Of a DNA stretch of 24,000 bases, positions 1 to 15,509 are shown piece by piece; the stretch's first letter is position 1, and every line of letters starts with the position of its first letter. The notes beneath the pieces are model-generated. The model saw only the letters and a list, made by a program, of their open reading frames with translations, ran no database searches and was not told where the DNA came from. The stretch spans positions 36,465-60,464 of the forward strand of contig NZ_JBFZSO010000005.1 of the NCBI RefSeq assembly GCF_041099235.1. Direction: 5' to 3'. The stretch is from Morganella morganii. Its GTDB lineage: Bacteria > Pseudomonadota > Gammaproteobacteria > Enterobacterales > Enterobacteriaceae. Position numbers and translations under genes: made by a program.

Positions 1-263
1 TGCTGATGCGCCACGTCATCTGCAGCTTTGACCAGCGAGCCGAAAAACGGATCGGATACATCCCCCACCAGCACACCGACAATATCACTGCTCTGGCTGA
101 CCAGCGCCCGCGCCGCCGCATTCGGGCGGTAAGCCAGCTCCTTCATGGCTGCCTGAACCGCACGGATGGATTCCGCCCCCGCTTTTGGTGACTGATTGAT
201 AACCCGCGAGACCGTTGCCACTGATACTCCCGCCAGTTTCGCAACATCTTTAATGGTTGCCAT
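1..263 (-). CDS. galR: LacI-family galactose repressor GalR, N-terminal HTH part only (gene runs off the left edge)
   Basis: Reverse-strand ATG at 263. My translation is [86 protein letters not shown]... This follows the E. coli GalR N-terminus ([29 protein letters not shown]...GDVSDPFFG) almost residue for residue and is closer to GalR than to GalS. It is absent from the ORF track because it is truncated. Confidence 0.85.
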   Translation of the reverse strand, partial: MATIKDVAKLAGVSVATVSRVINQSPKAGAESIRAVQAAMKELAYRPNAAARALVSQSSDIVGVLVGDVSDPFFGSLVKAADDVAHQ

Positions 264-322
264 TTACCGCTCCGTTATTGTTTTGTGATCCCGGTACTTG
301 CCATCCGGTGTAACTCTGCTAA

Positions 323-694
<372 letters not shown>

Positions 695-702
695 TAAAGC
701 AA

Positions 703-728
703 CAGTGGCTCATCGTTGTGAGCCACTG
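703..728. terminator. Bidirectional hairpin between convergent ygjH and galM
   Basis: Perfect 10-bp stem cagtggctca / tgagccactg with 6-nt loop tcgttg, lying in the 36-bp gap between two stop codons. The flanking U tracts are weak. Confidence 0.6.
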
Positions 729-730
729 AT

Positions 731-1801
731 TTAAAACACAAACCGGTATACCGTCACACTCTCCCGCTGTTCTCCCGGCGCTGAAATTCCCCTGGCCGCA
801 TCCGGCCAGTGCGGGTGATTCGGCCCGTCCGGAAAATACTGGGTTTCCAGCGCCAGCCCGGCATAATCCTGATAATCGCCGTGTTTTCCCGGCTGACCGC
901 CGAGATAATTACCGGTATAAAGCTGTATGCAGGGCATGGTGGTAGCCACTTCCAGACACACATCCCCCGCCGGTGACCAGTACGCCGCAACAGTCTGTTT
1001 ACCATCACACAATGCCGGATCCGGCACAAAGGCGTGATCAAAGCCTTTTGTCTGCTGTTGTGCCGCCTCAGACATAAAACCCTGTGACAGCGCCCTGCGG
1101 GTGCGCAAATCAAACACAGTGCCGGCCACCGGGCAGAGCGAGCCATCCGGTAAGTTATCTGCATTCAGCCCGAGCCGTTTGTCCGCCCGGATCTGCATAT
1201 CCCCTTCTGTCACCTTCACGCCGCTGCTTTCGCCGGCAAGGTTAAAGTAAGCGTGATTGGTCAGGCTGACCGGACAGGCTTTGTCTGTTTGTGTCCGGTA
1301 AGTCAGCCGGACCTCGTTTTCCGGGGTCAGCTGATAAGTGACTTCGGCGCTGAGATTGCCCGGAAAACCCTGATCACCGTCCGGTGACTGCAGAGAAAAT
1401 GTCACGGAATCTCCTGAGCGGCGGCGGATCTGCCAGCGCCGGTGACTGAAGTTATCGGTTCCTCCGTGCAGACAGGTGCGACCTTCATTGCAGGCGAGCG
1501 GATAAAACTGCCCGTTCAGGGTGAAACCGCCGCCCGCAATCCGGTTGGCAAAGCGCCCGACCGTCGCGCCGAAATAGGCGGTCTGACGGGCAAATCCGAC
1601 ACTGTCCGCTACACCGCATACCACATCCCGTATGCCGTCCGCCAGCGGCAACTCACAGCTGAGCCAGGTCGCGCCGGTATCGGCAATACTGATGCGCATA
1701 CCGTTGCGGTTGGTCAGCACCACGATCTCCGCCGGTCTGCCGTCTGTGGCCGGTTCCGTTGCCAGCGCCCGTTCATACGGACGCTGCTGCATATGTGTCA
1801 T
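731..1801 (-). CDS. galM: Aldose 1-epimerase (galactose mutarotase)
   Basis: 356-aa ORF with GalM-type motifs (GRFANRIA, LHGG..F..R.W, DQGFPGNL, TNH.YFNL, GYDHAF, GLALE.Q..PD.PNHP.WP). It is the last gene of the gal operon, 11 nt after the galK stop. Confidence 0.9.
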   Translation of the reverse strand: MTHMQQRPYERALATEPATDGRPAEIVVLTNRNGMRISIADTGATWLSCELPLADGIRDVVCGVADSVGFARQTAYFGATVGRFANRIAGGGFTLNGQFYPLACNEGRTCLHGGTDNFSHRRWQIRRRSGDSVTFSLQSPDGDQGFPGNLSAEVTYQLTPENEVRLTYRTQTDKACPVSLTNHAYFNLAGESSGVKVTEGDMQIRADKRLGLNADNLPDGSLCPVAGTVFDLRTRRALSQGFMSEAAQQQTKGFDHAFVPDPALCDGKQTVAAYWSPAGDVCLEVATTMPCIQLYTGNYLGGQPGKHGDYQDYAGLALETQYFPDGPNHPHWPDAARGISAPGEQRESVTVYRFVF

Positions 1802-1812
1802 ATTGCCTCCGG

Positions 1813-2967
1813 TCAGCGGATCACACCGGCACCGTCACTGGCACGGCAGACATAAATATCCGCCGTCAGGCCGGTGATTGAGGTGTAATGTGCGTTAATC
1901 GCCTCTGTAACCTGTGCGACATGTTCCGGTTTCACCAGTGCCACCACACAACCGCCGAAGCCGCCGCCGGTCATGCGGACACCGCCTTCGAGACCAATCA
2001 CATCACCAATGATCGCGACCAGCGCATCAATTTCAGGGACAGTGATTTCAAAATCATCACGCATGGAGTGATGGGATTCCGCCATCAGCTGGCTGAGGCG
2101 CGGTAAGTCCCCGTCTTTCAGCGCTTCCGCCGCTGCCAGGGTACGGATATTTTCGCTGATCACATGACGGGCCCGTTTCGCGGTCACCGCATCCAGCTCA
2201 TGAGCATGCGCGGCGAACTGTGCCATTGTCACATCCCGCAGCGCCGGCACACCGAAGAATGCCGCTGCCGCCTCACACTGATGCCGCCGGGTGTTGTATT
2301 CGCTGTCCACCAGCCCGCGTTTTTTGTTGGAGTTAATAATCATCACCACACTGTTTTCCGGCATGGCAACCGCACGGGTCTCCAGGCTGCGGCAGTCGAT
2401 CAGCAGTGCGTGTCCGGCTTCACCACAGGCCGAAATCAGCTGATCCATAATGCCGCAGTTACAGCCGACAAACCGGTTCTCCGCCTGCTGCCCGTTCAGG
2501 GCAATGACTTCGCGGCTGACGGGTAAGTCATACAGGGCTTTAACGGTCTGACCGATCACCACCTCCAGCGAGGCGGAACTGCTCAGACCCGCGCCCTGCG
2601 GCACATTGCCGCTGACCGCAATATTCATCCCGCCGAACACAAAACCGCGCTCCGCCAGATATTTGATGACGCCGCGGATATAATTCGCCCACAATTTATT
2701 GTCGCGGTATTCGATCGGTTGTGAGAGATCAAACTCATCACGATCATTATCATAGTCCGCCGCCACCACACAGACCTTCTGATCCTCACGCCGCGAGGCC
2801 GCCGCCACGGTGCCGAAATCAATGGCACACGGCAGAACAAAACCGTCGTTATAATCTGTATGTTCGCCAATCAGATTCACGCGGCCCGGTGCCTGAATCA
2901 GCATGTCAGGGGATGCGCCGAAGCATTGCTCAAAGGCATTCTGTGCCTTGCTGATAACTGTTTTCAT
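1813..2967 (-). CDS. galK: Galactokinase
   Basis: Contains [32 protein letters not shown] and MTGGGFGGC (GHMP kinase / galactokinase signatures). I start it at the internal ATG at 2967 (MKTVISKAQ...), which is preceded by GAGG. The longer track ORF (to 3018) would overlap galT. Confidence 0.9.
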   Translation of the reverse strand: MKTVISKAQNAFEQCFGASPDMLIQAPGRVNLIGEHTDYNDGFVLPCAIDFGTVAAASRREDQKVCVVAADYDNDRDEFDLSQPIEYRDNKLWANYIRGVIKYLAERGFVFGGMNIAVSGNVPQGAGLSSSASLEVVIGQTVKALYDLPVSREVIALNGQQAENRFVGCNCGIMDQLISACGEAGHALLIDCRSLETRAVAMPENSVVMIINSNKKRGLVDSEYNTRRHQCEAAAAFFGVPALRDVTMAQFAAHAHELDAVTAKRARHVISENIRTLAAAEALKDGDLPRLSQLMAESHHSMRDDFEITVPEIDALVAIIGDVIGLEGGVRMTGGGFGGCVVALVKPEHVAQVTEAINAHYTSITGLTADIYVCRASDGAGVIR

Positions 2968-2980
2968 CGGAAACCTCAGA

Positions 2981-4033
2981 TTATAAAGGGGTTTTAAAAT
3001 GGTGGTCGCTGACCGCACGCAGCCGCTCTGCGGCCTGCTCCGGTGTCAGGTCACGCTGGCTTTCCGCCAGCATTTCATAGCCGACCATAAATTTGCGCAC
3101 GGTTGCGGAACGCAGCAGCGGCGGATAATAGAGCGCATGTAACTGCCAGTGATCCAGCGGTTCGCCCTGCTGGAAATACGGGGCAAAATGCCAGCCCATC
3201 GAGTACGGAAAAGCGCAGCGGAACAGGTTATCGTAGCGGCTGGTGAGTTTTTTCAGTGCAACGGCAAGATCATCCCGCTCCGCCTCTGTCATGGCGTCCA
3301 TCCGGGTAATAACGCGGTGTTTCGGCAGCAGCATGGTTTCAAACGGCCACGCCGCCCAGTACGGCACGACTGCCAGCCAGTGTTCCGTTTCTGTCACAAT
3401 CCGGCTGCCGTCTTTCAGTTCCGCCCGGGCGTAATCCAGCAGCAGGTTGCTGCCGTGCTGCCGGGAATAGTCACGCAGCAATCCGTCCTTGCGGCTCAGT
3501 GCATCAGGCAGAAAATCACTTGCCCAGATCTGACCGTGCGGGTGCGGCTGCGAGCAGCCCATCAGTTCCCCTTTATTCTCAAACAACTGAACCCAGAGGT
3601 ATTTCTCCCCGAGCTCCTGTGCCTGCGCCTGCCAGGTATCAATGACGGCACGGATTTGTGCCACCGGCAGTTCCGGCAGGGTTTTGCTGTGATCGGGGGA
3701 AAAACAGAGCACGCGGCTCAGCCCGCTGACGGCCTGAGTCTGAAATAACGGACTGGTATTTTCCGGCTGTGTGCAGGGCTGCGGTCTCAGCGCGGAGAAA
3801 TCATTCTGAAAAACATAGGTGCCGGTGTAAGCAGGATTAATATCGCCGCTTACCCGGGTATTTCCCGGACACAAAAAGCAGTCCGGATCATAAGCCGGTA
3901 AGTCCGCCACATCAGCGACTTCATCTCTCCCCTGCCACGGGCGCTTTGCCCGGTGAGGAGAGACTAAAATCCACTGTCCCGTTAACGGGTTATAGCGGCG
4001 GTGAGGGCAATCAGACGGATCAAAAGTCATCAT
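2981..4033 (-). CDS. galT: Galactose-1-phosphate uridylyltransferase
   Basis: [39 protein letters not shown] (the HPH active site) and [39 protein letters not shown] match E. coli GalT closely. The start is ambiguous (GTG 4039, ATG 4033 or ATG 4030). I chose ATG 4033, which lies 9 nt after GAGAGA. Confidence 0.9.
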   Translation of the reverse strand: MMTFDPSDCPHRRYNPLTGQWILVSPHRAKRPWQGRDEVADVADLPAYDPDCFLCPGNTRVSGDINPAYTGTYVFQNDFSALRPQPCTQPENTSPLFQTQAVSGLSRVLCFSPDHSKTLPELPVAQIRAVIDTWQAQAQELGEKYLWVQLFENKGELMGCSQPHPHGQIWASDFLPDALSRKDGLLRDYSRQHGSNLLLDYARAELKDGSRIVTETEHWLAVVPYWAAWPFETMLLPKHRVITRMDAMTEAERDDLAVALKKLTSRYDNLFRCAFPYSMGWHFAPYFQQGEPLDHWQLHALYYPPLLRSATVRKFMVGYEMLAESQRDLTPEQAAERLRAVSDHHFKTPL

Positions 4034-4106
4034 AGACACAATTCTCTCTGACGATGAAACGGGTTAGCGATGATTGTCCTCAGGCGTTACCGGTTTTCGT
4101 CTTTCG

Positions 4107-5123
4107 TCAGTCTGCGTAACCTTCCGGGTTCTGCTGCTGCCAGCGCCAGGCATCCTGCGCCATATCATCAACAGTACGGACGGCGCGCCACTGCATATCA
4201 CGGGCCGCTTTATCCGGGCTGGACCAGCACTCGGCGATATCCCCCGGACGGCGGTCGCAGATAGCATACGGGATCGGTTTACCGGCCGCTTTACTGAACG
4301 CCGCGATCATTTCCAGCACACTGGTGCCTTTGCCGGTGCCCAGGTTATAGATATGCAGCCCGGAAGACTGTGCCACGGTTTTCAGTGCCGCAACATGGCC
4401 GTCTGCCAGATCCATCACATGGATATAATCACGCACCCCGGTACCGTCTGGTGTAGGGTAATCGTTTCCATAGATACTGACTTTTTCACGGCGGCCGATA
4501 GCAACCTGAGTGATATATGGCGTCAGGTTATTCGGGATACCTTTCGGATCTTCACCCATCGTGCCTGTCGGATGCGCACCGACCGGGTTGAAATAACGCA
4601 GCAGTGACACAGACCAGTCATTATCTGCGATCAGCACATCATTCAGAATGCGCTCAACCATGTATTTACTGGTGCCGTAAGGGTTTGTGGTGTTACCGAT
4701 AGCGGATTCTTCGGTGATCGGCACACTGGCCGGGTCGCCGTAAACAGTGGCGGAAGAGCTGAAAATAATCCGTTTTACCTGTGCCCGCTTCATGCTGCGC
4801 AGCAGAACCAGCGTGCCGTTGATATTGTTATCATAATATTCAACCGGTTTTTCCACGGATTCACCCACGGCTTTCAGGCCCGCAAAGTGAATCACCGCAT
4901 CGATGCGGTGTTTGGCAAACACGCTGTCAAGAAAGGCTTCATCACGGATATCCCCCTGATAAAAAACAGGTTCTTTTCCGGTAATTGCGGTGATCCGCGC
5001 CAGAACTTTGGCATTGGCGTTACACAGATTATCCACAATAACCGGTATCATGCCTGCATTCATCAGCTGTACGCAGGTATGGCTGCCGATATAGCCCATA
5101 CCGCCGGTGACAAGAATTTCCAC
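4107..5123 (-). CDS. galE: UDP-glucose 4-epimerase
   Basis: 338 aa starting MEILVTGGMGYIGSHTCVQL (Rossmann GxxGxxG), with YGTSK (the YxxxK catalytic motif). Full-length similarity to E. coli GalE. GTG start at 5123, 5 nt after GAGAGG. Confidence 0.92.
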   Translation of the reverse strand: MEILVTGGMGYIGSHTCVQLMNAGMIPVIVDNLCNANAKVLARITAITGKEPVFYQGDIRDEAFLDSVFAKHRIDAVIHFAGLKAVGESVEKPVEYYDNNINGTLVLLRSMKRAQVKRIIFSSSATVYGDPASVPITEESAIGNTTNPYGTSKYMVERILNDVLIADNDWSVSLLRYFNPVGAHPTGTMGEDPKGIPNNLTPYITQVAIGRREKVSIYGNDYPTPDGTGVRDYIHVMDLADGHVAALKTVAQSSGLHIYNLGTGKGTSVLEMIAAFSKAAGKPIPYAICDRRPGDIAECWSSPDKAARDMQWRAVRTVDDMAQDAWRWQQQNPEGYAD

Positions 5124-5187
5124 ATATACCTCTCAGGCTTTGTAATGTATTCAGAGAAAACCAAAGTATAACGTGAGGACGGGGAAG

Positions 5188-5193
5188 ATTCTA
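5188..5193 (-). promoter_or_regulatory. Candidate -10 hexamer (TAGAAT on the minus strand) of the gal operon promoter
   Basis: The minus strand reads ...tattcatggTTAGAATcttcc... The predicted TSS near 5181 puts the CRP-like site centre at about -42 and the GalR operator centre at about -60, the same geometry as E. coli galP1. Confidence 0.45.
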
Positions 5194-5211
5194 ACCATGA
5201 ATAGTTTTTGA

Positions 5212-5233
5212 GTCTGTGATACTGATCTGATTT
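5212..5233. promoter_or_regulatory. CRP-like site (one good half-site TGTGA/TCACA, one weak TCTGA)
   Basis: Plus strand gtcTGTGAtactgaTCTGAttt, with 6-bp spacing of the half-sites. It is centred 18 bp from the centre of the GalR operator; as I recall the spacing is 19 bp in E. coli gal. Confidence 0.4.
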
Positions 5234-5249
5234 GTGTAAACGTTTACAC
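5234..5249. promoter_or_regulatory. GalR/GalS operator, perfect 16-bp palindrome GTGTAAACGTTTACAC
   Basis: Read directly. It is perfectly self-complementary and fits the E. coli gal operator pattern GTGKAANCGNTTMCAC (OE = GTGTAAACGATTCCAC). It lies between divergent galE and ebgR. Confidence 0.85.
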
Positions 5250-5260
5250 CAATGCGCTGA

Positions 5261-6355
<1,095 letters not shown>

Positions 6356-6376
6356 CCCCTTCCCTGTACTGAACAG

Positions 6377-6408
6377 ACGGCAGCCTTTCCCGGCAGCCGT
6401 TTTTCTTT
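6377..6408 (+). terminator. Rho-independent terminator of ebgR
   Basis: Stem acggcagcc / ggcagccgt (9 bp with one central A-A mismatch), loop tttccc, followed by TTTTcTTTc. Confidence 0.7.
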
Positions 6409-6409
6409 C

Positions 6410-6422
6410 AGTAAAATTTACC
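6410..6422. promoter_or_regulatory. Degenerate dyad AGTAAAATTTACC, related to the ebgA palindrome core
   Basis: Compare AGTAAAA-TTTACC here with AGTAAAAcTTTTACT at 6538-6552 and ACTAAAATTTTACC at 338-351. It is 129 bp (centre to centre) upstream of the main palindrome. Confidence 0.25.
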
Positions 6423-6535
6423 TTCTGCAAAGATGACTGCCTTTTACACAATTTAGCGTTTCAGCTCACAAGATTGTGCCGCTGTTGTGCGGATTATGTG
6501 ATCAGGTTAAACATCTTAGTTTTACCGTGTAGTTT

Positions 6536-6554
6536 TTAGTAAAACTTTTACTAA
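6536..6554. promoter_or_regulatory. Perfect 19-bp palindrome TTAGTAAAA-C-TTTTACTAA; candidate operator (EbgR?) overlapping a possible ebgA -10 (TAATAT 6552-6557)
   Basis: Read directly, with 9/9 arm positions complementary. It lies 68 bp upstream of the ebgA GTG. The protein that binds it is inferred, not demonstrated. Confidence 0.5.
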
Positions 6555-6585
6555 TATCCCGTTAATGATTGATCTCATCCGATAG

Positions 6586-11676
<5,091 letters not shown>

Positions 11677-11694
11677 TTATTCTGAAGATACTGA

Positions 11695-11718
11695 AAAGCC
11701 ACCGTCCGGTGGCTTTTT
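11695..11718. terminator. Bidirectional Rho-independent terminator (ygjI-like on +, probably also the lipoprotein gene on -)
   Basis: aaaGCCACCgtccGGTGGCttttt, with an A-run upstream and a T-run downstream. Confidence 0.8.
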
Positions 11719-11757
11719 GCATTTATGAACTTCTGACTTTATGTAACAGGGTGATGA

Positions 11758-11845
11758 CCGGTAAAAAAATGAAAAGCATGCGAGCCATGGATGGCGAGCC
11801 TGAGCTTACAGGGACGTATTCACAGCGACTTTTCATTTTTACCGG
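11758..11845. repeat. Imperfect inverted repeat (about 17-19 bp arms) flanking a 52-nt GC-rich core
   Basis: Left arm ccggtaaaaaaatgaaaag (11758-11776). Right arm cttttcatttttaccgg (11829-11845). They are complementary apart from a 2-nt A bulge. The core contains GCGAGCC twice. Confidence 0.5.
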
Positions 11846-11887
11846 TTATCGCCGGAATCACAGGCGTCACCATCCACCTTCATGCTA

Positions 11888-12385
11888 TCAGCGCGGTGGC
11901 TGCAACTCCGCCGGCACTGCGTCTGATGTTTTAATCAGGTTAATAAAATCAATCCCCTGCGGACTGAAAATAAACAACGCATAACCGGTGGCCATTTTAA
12001 TATCATCGTTGCGGGCAATCCCCGGGAAGCCCGGCATCGGTCCGCCTTTTTCAACCTGCTTAATCAGCCCCACCTGGTCAATCATCACACTGCATGCCAG
12101 CTGGCCGTTCATCTCTTTTTTATCCATCCGCACCATATCGCCCTGATACGGACGTGAGGTGAAATGATCAACACCGTTTTTGTCCTTCACGCCCACACCA
12201 TACTGATTGGTGGATTTATCCAGCAGCGTCAGGGCAATACTCTGTGATTCCCCCTGCAGCGGCAGCTGATAAACACCGGTGAAATCCGGGCAGTTTTCCT
12301 GCGTCTGCGCCGGTGGCAGAGGCGCGGCACAACCGCTGAGCAAAATCGGGAGCAGTGCGGTTGCCAGCCAGAGTTTGTGCGTCAT
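11888..12385 (-). CDS. Hypothetical lipoprotein (165 aa)
   Basis: N-terminus MTHKLWLATALLPILLSGC has a signal peptide plus the lipobox LSGC. I recognise no family. Confidence 0.65.
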   Translation of the reverse strand: MTHKLWLATALLPILLSGCAAPLPPAQTQENCPDFTGVYQLPLQGESQSIALTLLDKSTNQYGVGVKDKNGVDHFTSRPYQGDMVRMDKKEMNGQLACSVMIDQVGLIKQVEKGGPMPGFPGIARNDDIKMATGYALFIFSPQGIDFINLIKTSDAVPAELQPPR

Positions 12386-12479
12386 AAATATCCTTTTGTC
12401 AGTGCATTTTCCGGAGCCGGAACAGACACAAAGTCTATCACAGTTTCCCGTGCATCCGGAAAAATGCCGCAGAATTGCC

Positions 12480-13784
12480 CTACTTTACCTTATCCCAGCG
12501 CACCAGACTTTCTGATAATACCGCCAGCAGGATCGCCACCAGCATGCCGTTCCCCAGCATCGGGCGCAGCAGTACCGGCAGGTCGCTGATAAAGACCGCG
12601 GGCGGATTGATCAGAAAAATACCGACGAACAGCGGGATCGCCAGCCGGTAAATATTGCGCGCATTCAGGGAAATTTTATCCACGAAGGCCAGTGAGGAAA
12701 ACATCAGCGGCAGATAGGTCGCCAGCATCACGGCACTGCCGATGGCGAGCGGTAACCCGCTGAAGAAAAGTGTCACCGGCGGGATCAGCCCCATCAGCAG
12801 AAACAGCACACTGCCGACCACCAGAGATGTCCGGCTGCTGTCATTGGTCTGGGTGATTAATCCCACCGAGGAGACAAACGGTGCAAACGGCACCACCGCC
12901 AGCGGTGCGGTCAGCAGCGTCACCGAGCCGGTGACAATAAAACTGCGCCGGAACAGGACATTATTTTCCTGCAGTTTATCCATGTAAAACACATCCGTCG
13001 AACGGATGGCACCGAAGGTATTACTGATATTCAGAAGCCCGGTCAGGATACAGGTGATAATCACACCCCAGCGGAATTCAAACCCGTCAGTGCTGCCGAG
13101 CGGCAGAAATTCCCATGATGCGGATGCCACATCCCGCGCCGGCGGGGAAAACAGCAGCACATACGCACCCCAGCCCAGCAGGACACCAATCAGCAGCGCA
13201 TATTTGGCCACGGATACCGGGGCATACACAATCACACCCAGCACCAGGATCAGCGTTGCCAGCGCGAGGAAAAAGACCGGGTAATTCACGGTGGCATCCG
13301 GCGGCATAATACCGAACGGCAGTCCCAGCATTCCCTTCAGGAAAATAGAGACCAGCTGCGCGCCTATCATAAACATAAACACCGCCATCACCGCAGGGTT
13401 AAAAATCCGGGCAATACGGGCTCCTGCGCCGGTAAAACCAATCACCAGCGTGATAAGCCCCGCACAGGCAATCCCGATCGCAAGGTTTGCGCCGGTCACC
13501 CCCGCAGAAGTCCCGAAAGAGGCTTCCGCCACAGCGATCCCCAGAATCGTGGCCCACCACAGACCGGTCGGCCCTTCCATAATCGCGCGCTGGTGGCCGG
13601 TAAACACCTGCACCAGGCTGCCGAGCGCGGTGGCGATAAAACTGTATTGTGTGATAGTCAGCGTGGCGGCGTCAGAAAGATGAAACGCAGATTGCAGTGT
13701 CGGCGGGATCAGCACCGTATTGCAGAAAATAAAGAAATACCACTGAAAGCCGGACAGCCAGTGGCTTTTTTGCATTTTTATCAT
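12480..13784 (-). CDS. ybbY: NCS2-family putative uracil/xanthine-type permease, YbbY-like
   Basis: 434 aa. [73 protein letters not shown]...PLAV.PF.PFVSS.GL.TQT and [16 protein letters not shown] follow remembered E. coli YbbY along the whole length. Confidence 0.8.
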   Translation of the reverse strand: MIKMQKSHWLSGFQWYFFIFCNTVLIPPTLQSAFHLSDAATLTITQYSFIATALGSLVQVFTGHQRAIMEGPTGLWWATILGIAVAEASFGTSAGVTGANLAIGIACAGLITLVIGFTGAGARIARIFNPAVMAVFMFMIGAQLVSIFLKGMLGLPFGIMPPDATVNYPVFFLALATLILVLGVIVYAPVSVAKYALLIGVLLGWGAYVLLFSPPARDVASASWEFLPLGSTDGFEFRWGVIITCILTGLLNISNTFGAIRSTDVFYMDKLQENNVLFRRSFIVTGSVTLLTAPLAVVPFAPFVSSVGLITQTNDSSRTSLVVGSVLFLLMGLIPPVTLFFSGLPLAIGSAVMLATYLPLMFSSLAFVDKISLNARNIYRLAIPLFVGIFLINPPAVFISDLPVLLRPMLGNGMLVAILLAVLSESLVRWDKVK

Positions 13785-13892
13785 GGGGTAACGCCTTTTG
13801 GATGCAGTGTCAGATTTATTTTTAATATAGTGATAATGATCATACTATCAAAGAGAGATTATTTTGTGAGTTTTTCACTCAGAGAGGTCATG

Positions 13893-14870
13893 ATGAAACC
13901 ATCCGTTCTTGTTTACCGCGATATTCCTGACGACATCCTCACCCGCCTGTCCGCTGAATGCGATGTTCACTGCGTGGCGGAAATAGATCCGGACATTGAC
14001 CCGTCAGTAAAACCGCTGCTGGCCGGGGCGGATGCTATCCTCGGCTCCGGCGGGAAAATTGACGCCCGTTTTCTGGCTATGGCCCCGAAACTGCGGGTGG
14101 CTTCCACCATCACTGTCGGTTATGACAATTTTGATGTCTCTGCTCTCAATGCGCGGAACGTGGTGCTGATGCATACCCCGGATGTCCTGACAGAAACCGT
14201 TGCCGATGCCACGATGGCACTGGTGCTGGCGACCGCACGGAAAATGATCATCAGCTCAGAGCGGGTGAAACGCGGCGAATGGACAGAAAGTATCACGCCG
14301 GACTGGTACGGTTGTGACGTCCACCATAAAACGATGGGGATCGCCGGAATGGGCCGTATCGGTGATGCACTGGCGCGCCGGGCGCACTGCGGATTCGGCA
14401 TGAAAGTGCTCTACAATGCCCGCTCCCGCCATGAAAAAACCGAAAAAGCGTATCAGGCGGAGTATCGTTCGCTCGATGCCCTGCTGGCAGAGTCGGATTT
14501 TGTCTGTATCACCCTGCCGCTGACGGCGGAAACCCGCCATTTATTTGGCCGCGAACAGTTTGAGAAAATGAAACGCAGTGCCATTCTGGTCAATATCGGG
14601 CGCGGTGCCGTGATCGACGAAGCCGCGCTGGCACAAGCGCTGAAAGATAAAACGATCCTCGCCGCCGGTCTGGATGTTTTTGAACAGGAACCGCTGCCGC
14701 CGGATTCACCGCTGCTGTCGCTGGATAATGTCGTGCTGATGCCGCACATCGGCTCCGCCACTCATGAAACCCGCTATGCCATGGCTGCCTGCGCTGCGGA
14801 TAATGTGCTGCGTGCCCTGAAAGGCGATGTCAGTCAGAATTGCGTCAATCCGCAGGCACGACAACAGTAA
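13893..14870 (+). CDS. ghrB: Glyoxylate/hydroxypyruvate (2-ketoacid) reductase B
   Basis: [14 protein letters not shown]..., then ...[15 protein letters not shown]...[22 protein letters not shown] (NAD-binding GxGxxG), ESDFVCI.LPLT.ET.HLFG and [20 protein letters not shown] match E. coli GhrB/TkrA. Start is at the second ATG (13893), 5 nt after AGAGAGG. The track ORF start at 13593 is an artefactual extension across the ybbY gene. Confidence 0.9.
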   Translation: MKPSVLVYRDIPDDILTRLSAECDVHCVAEIDPDIDPSVKPLLAGADAILGSGGKIDARFLAMAPKLRVASTITVGYDNFDVSALNARNVVLMHTPDVLTETVADATMALVLATARKMIISSERVKRGEWTESITPDWYGCDVHHKTMGIAGMGRIGDALARRAHCGFGMKVLYNARSRHEKTEKAYQAEYRSLDALLAESDFVCITLPLTAETRHLFGREQFEKMKRSAILVNIGRGAVIDEAALAQALKDKTILAAGLDVFEQEPLPPDSPLLSLDNVVLMPHIGSATHETRYAMAACAADNVLRALKGDVSQNCVNPQARQQ

Positions 14871-14885
14871 TTATCCCGTCTGTAC

Positions 14886-14918
14886 ACAGCAGGTTATTTT
14901 TGCCGGATAATCTGCTGT
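14886..14918 (+). terminator. Probable ghrB terminator
   Basis: 12-bp stem acagcaggttat / ataatctgctgt (one G-U pair), 9-nt loop, followed by ttctgctatttc (moderately U-rich). Confidence 0.55.
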
Positions 14919-15073
14919 TTCTGCTATTTCCAACCCTTTCAGATAATTATTAATTTCCATAATTATCAGATAAATACGATAGCATCGTTCGCTGATATCG
15001 TTTGATCTGTAGCACACTATTCCGGAATACGGATATTCAGGAAAAATACAGACAACGTATTGAAGGTCAGCGC

Positions 15074-15481
15074 ATGAAAAAAATCAGATTATCACTTCTT
15101 TGTATTCCTGTTTTGCTGTTTGGCTTATTTCTGTTTTTTCATGAAACAGGACGCATTATTTATCATGAATCCGATATTTACCGTTACTATATGTACACGG
15201 ACAGCGGGATACGGAATGCGCCGCGGATCTCAGAGAATTATCAGTTTGAATATATCCCGACAGAAGGGTCGGTTTCTGAAATGAGCAGTGTTGTTTTTCA
15301 TGATGCACGGGATTGTGCACCACTGAAAAATTACCTGAATAATGCCGGTTATTATCTTTACCGGACGCAGGAGCAGGGACAGGATGAAATCTGGTTATCC
15401 GCACGGGATAAAAAAGTGCTCTATTCTCTGCACCGGGATAAACAGGGCCGGTTTATCCGCCTTTCCCGCAGTTCTTTATAA
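15074..15481 (+). CDS. Hypothetical small protein with an N-terminal membrane anchor or signal (135 aa)
   Basis: ATG at 15074 follows GAAGG. MKKIRLSLLCIPVLLFGLFLFFHE is a hydrophobic N-terminus, and the remainder is Tyr/Asn/Arg-rich. No family recognised. The gene is visibly more AT-rich than its neighbours. Confidence 0.55.
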   Translation: MKKIRLSLLCIPVLLFGLFLFFHETGRIIYHESDIYRYYMYTDSGIRNAPRISENYQFEYIPTEGSVSEMSSVVFHDARDCAPLKNYLNNAGYYLYRTQEQGQDEIWLSARDKKVLYSLHRDKQGRFIRLSRSSL

Positions 15482-15506
15482 AAATACAGGCATCTGTCTG
15501 TATTTT
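15481..15506. terminator. Bidirectional terminator between convergent genes
   Basis: Stem aaaatacag / ctgtatttt (9 bp), 8-nt loop, with A/T runs on both sides. It fills the 28-bp gap between two stop codons. Confidence 0.65.
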
Positions 15507-15509
15507 CCG

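Noticed and set aside
4034-4106. Unusually long (about 70 nt) galE-galT intercistronic spacer, examined for an attenuator or sRNA target
   Set aside because: Only imperfect, bulged stems are present (for example ggttagcg.../...cgttacc), with no U tract and no convincing motif. My recollection that the E. coli spacer is much shorter is not enough to build a claim on.
5040-5123. Internal gal operator (OI) inside the 5' end of galE
   Set aside because: The best candidate, GCGGTATGGGCTATAT, matches the operator pattern at only about 11/16 and lacks the central CG, so it is not reported as a feature. Its absence is discussed in the galE/ebgR control-region finding (5124-5365).
6497-6512. CRP-like site TGTGAtcaggtTAAAC upstream of ebgA (about -60 from a predicted TSS), and the palindrome CACAAgaTTGTG at 6467-6478
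   Set aside because: Only one CRP half-site is good and the second is 2/5. The 12-bp palindrome is short and of unknown meaning. Both are too weak to call without a PWM score or conservation.
11709-11984. 91-aa plus-strand ORF in the ygjI/lipoprotein spacer
   Set aside because: It starts inside the terminator, runs antisense into the lipoprotein gene, and has an His/Arg-rich implausible sequence with no RBS.
12386-12479. Inverted repeat tgcattttccgga / tccggaaaaatgc between the lipoprotein start and the ybbY stop
   Set aside because: The arms are about 35 nt apart with a bulge. The local minus-strand hairpin is only 4 bp and has no U tract, which is not sufficient to call a terminator or operator.
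13832-13849. Fur-box-like GATAATGATCATACTATC in the ybbY/ghrB spacer
   Set aside because: It reads as three GATAAT-like hexamers but lacks the 1-nt spacer of the 19-bp consensus, giving about 12/19 when aligned properly. Neither flanking gene has an iron link, so it is probably just -10-like AT-rich promoter sequence.
13593-13892. Track ORF 13593..14870 implies a 425-aa GhrB with a 100-aa N-terminal extension
   Set aside because: The extension overlaps the opposite-strand ybbY-like gene and the promoter spacer, is Arg/Gln-rich nonsense, and has no homology. The GhrB alignment begins at MKPSV (13893), which has a good RBS.
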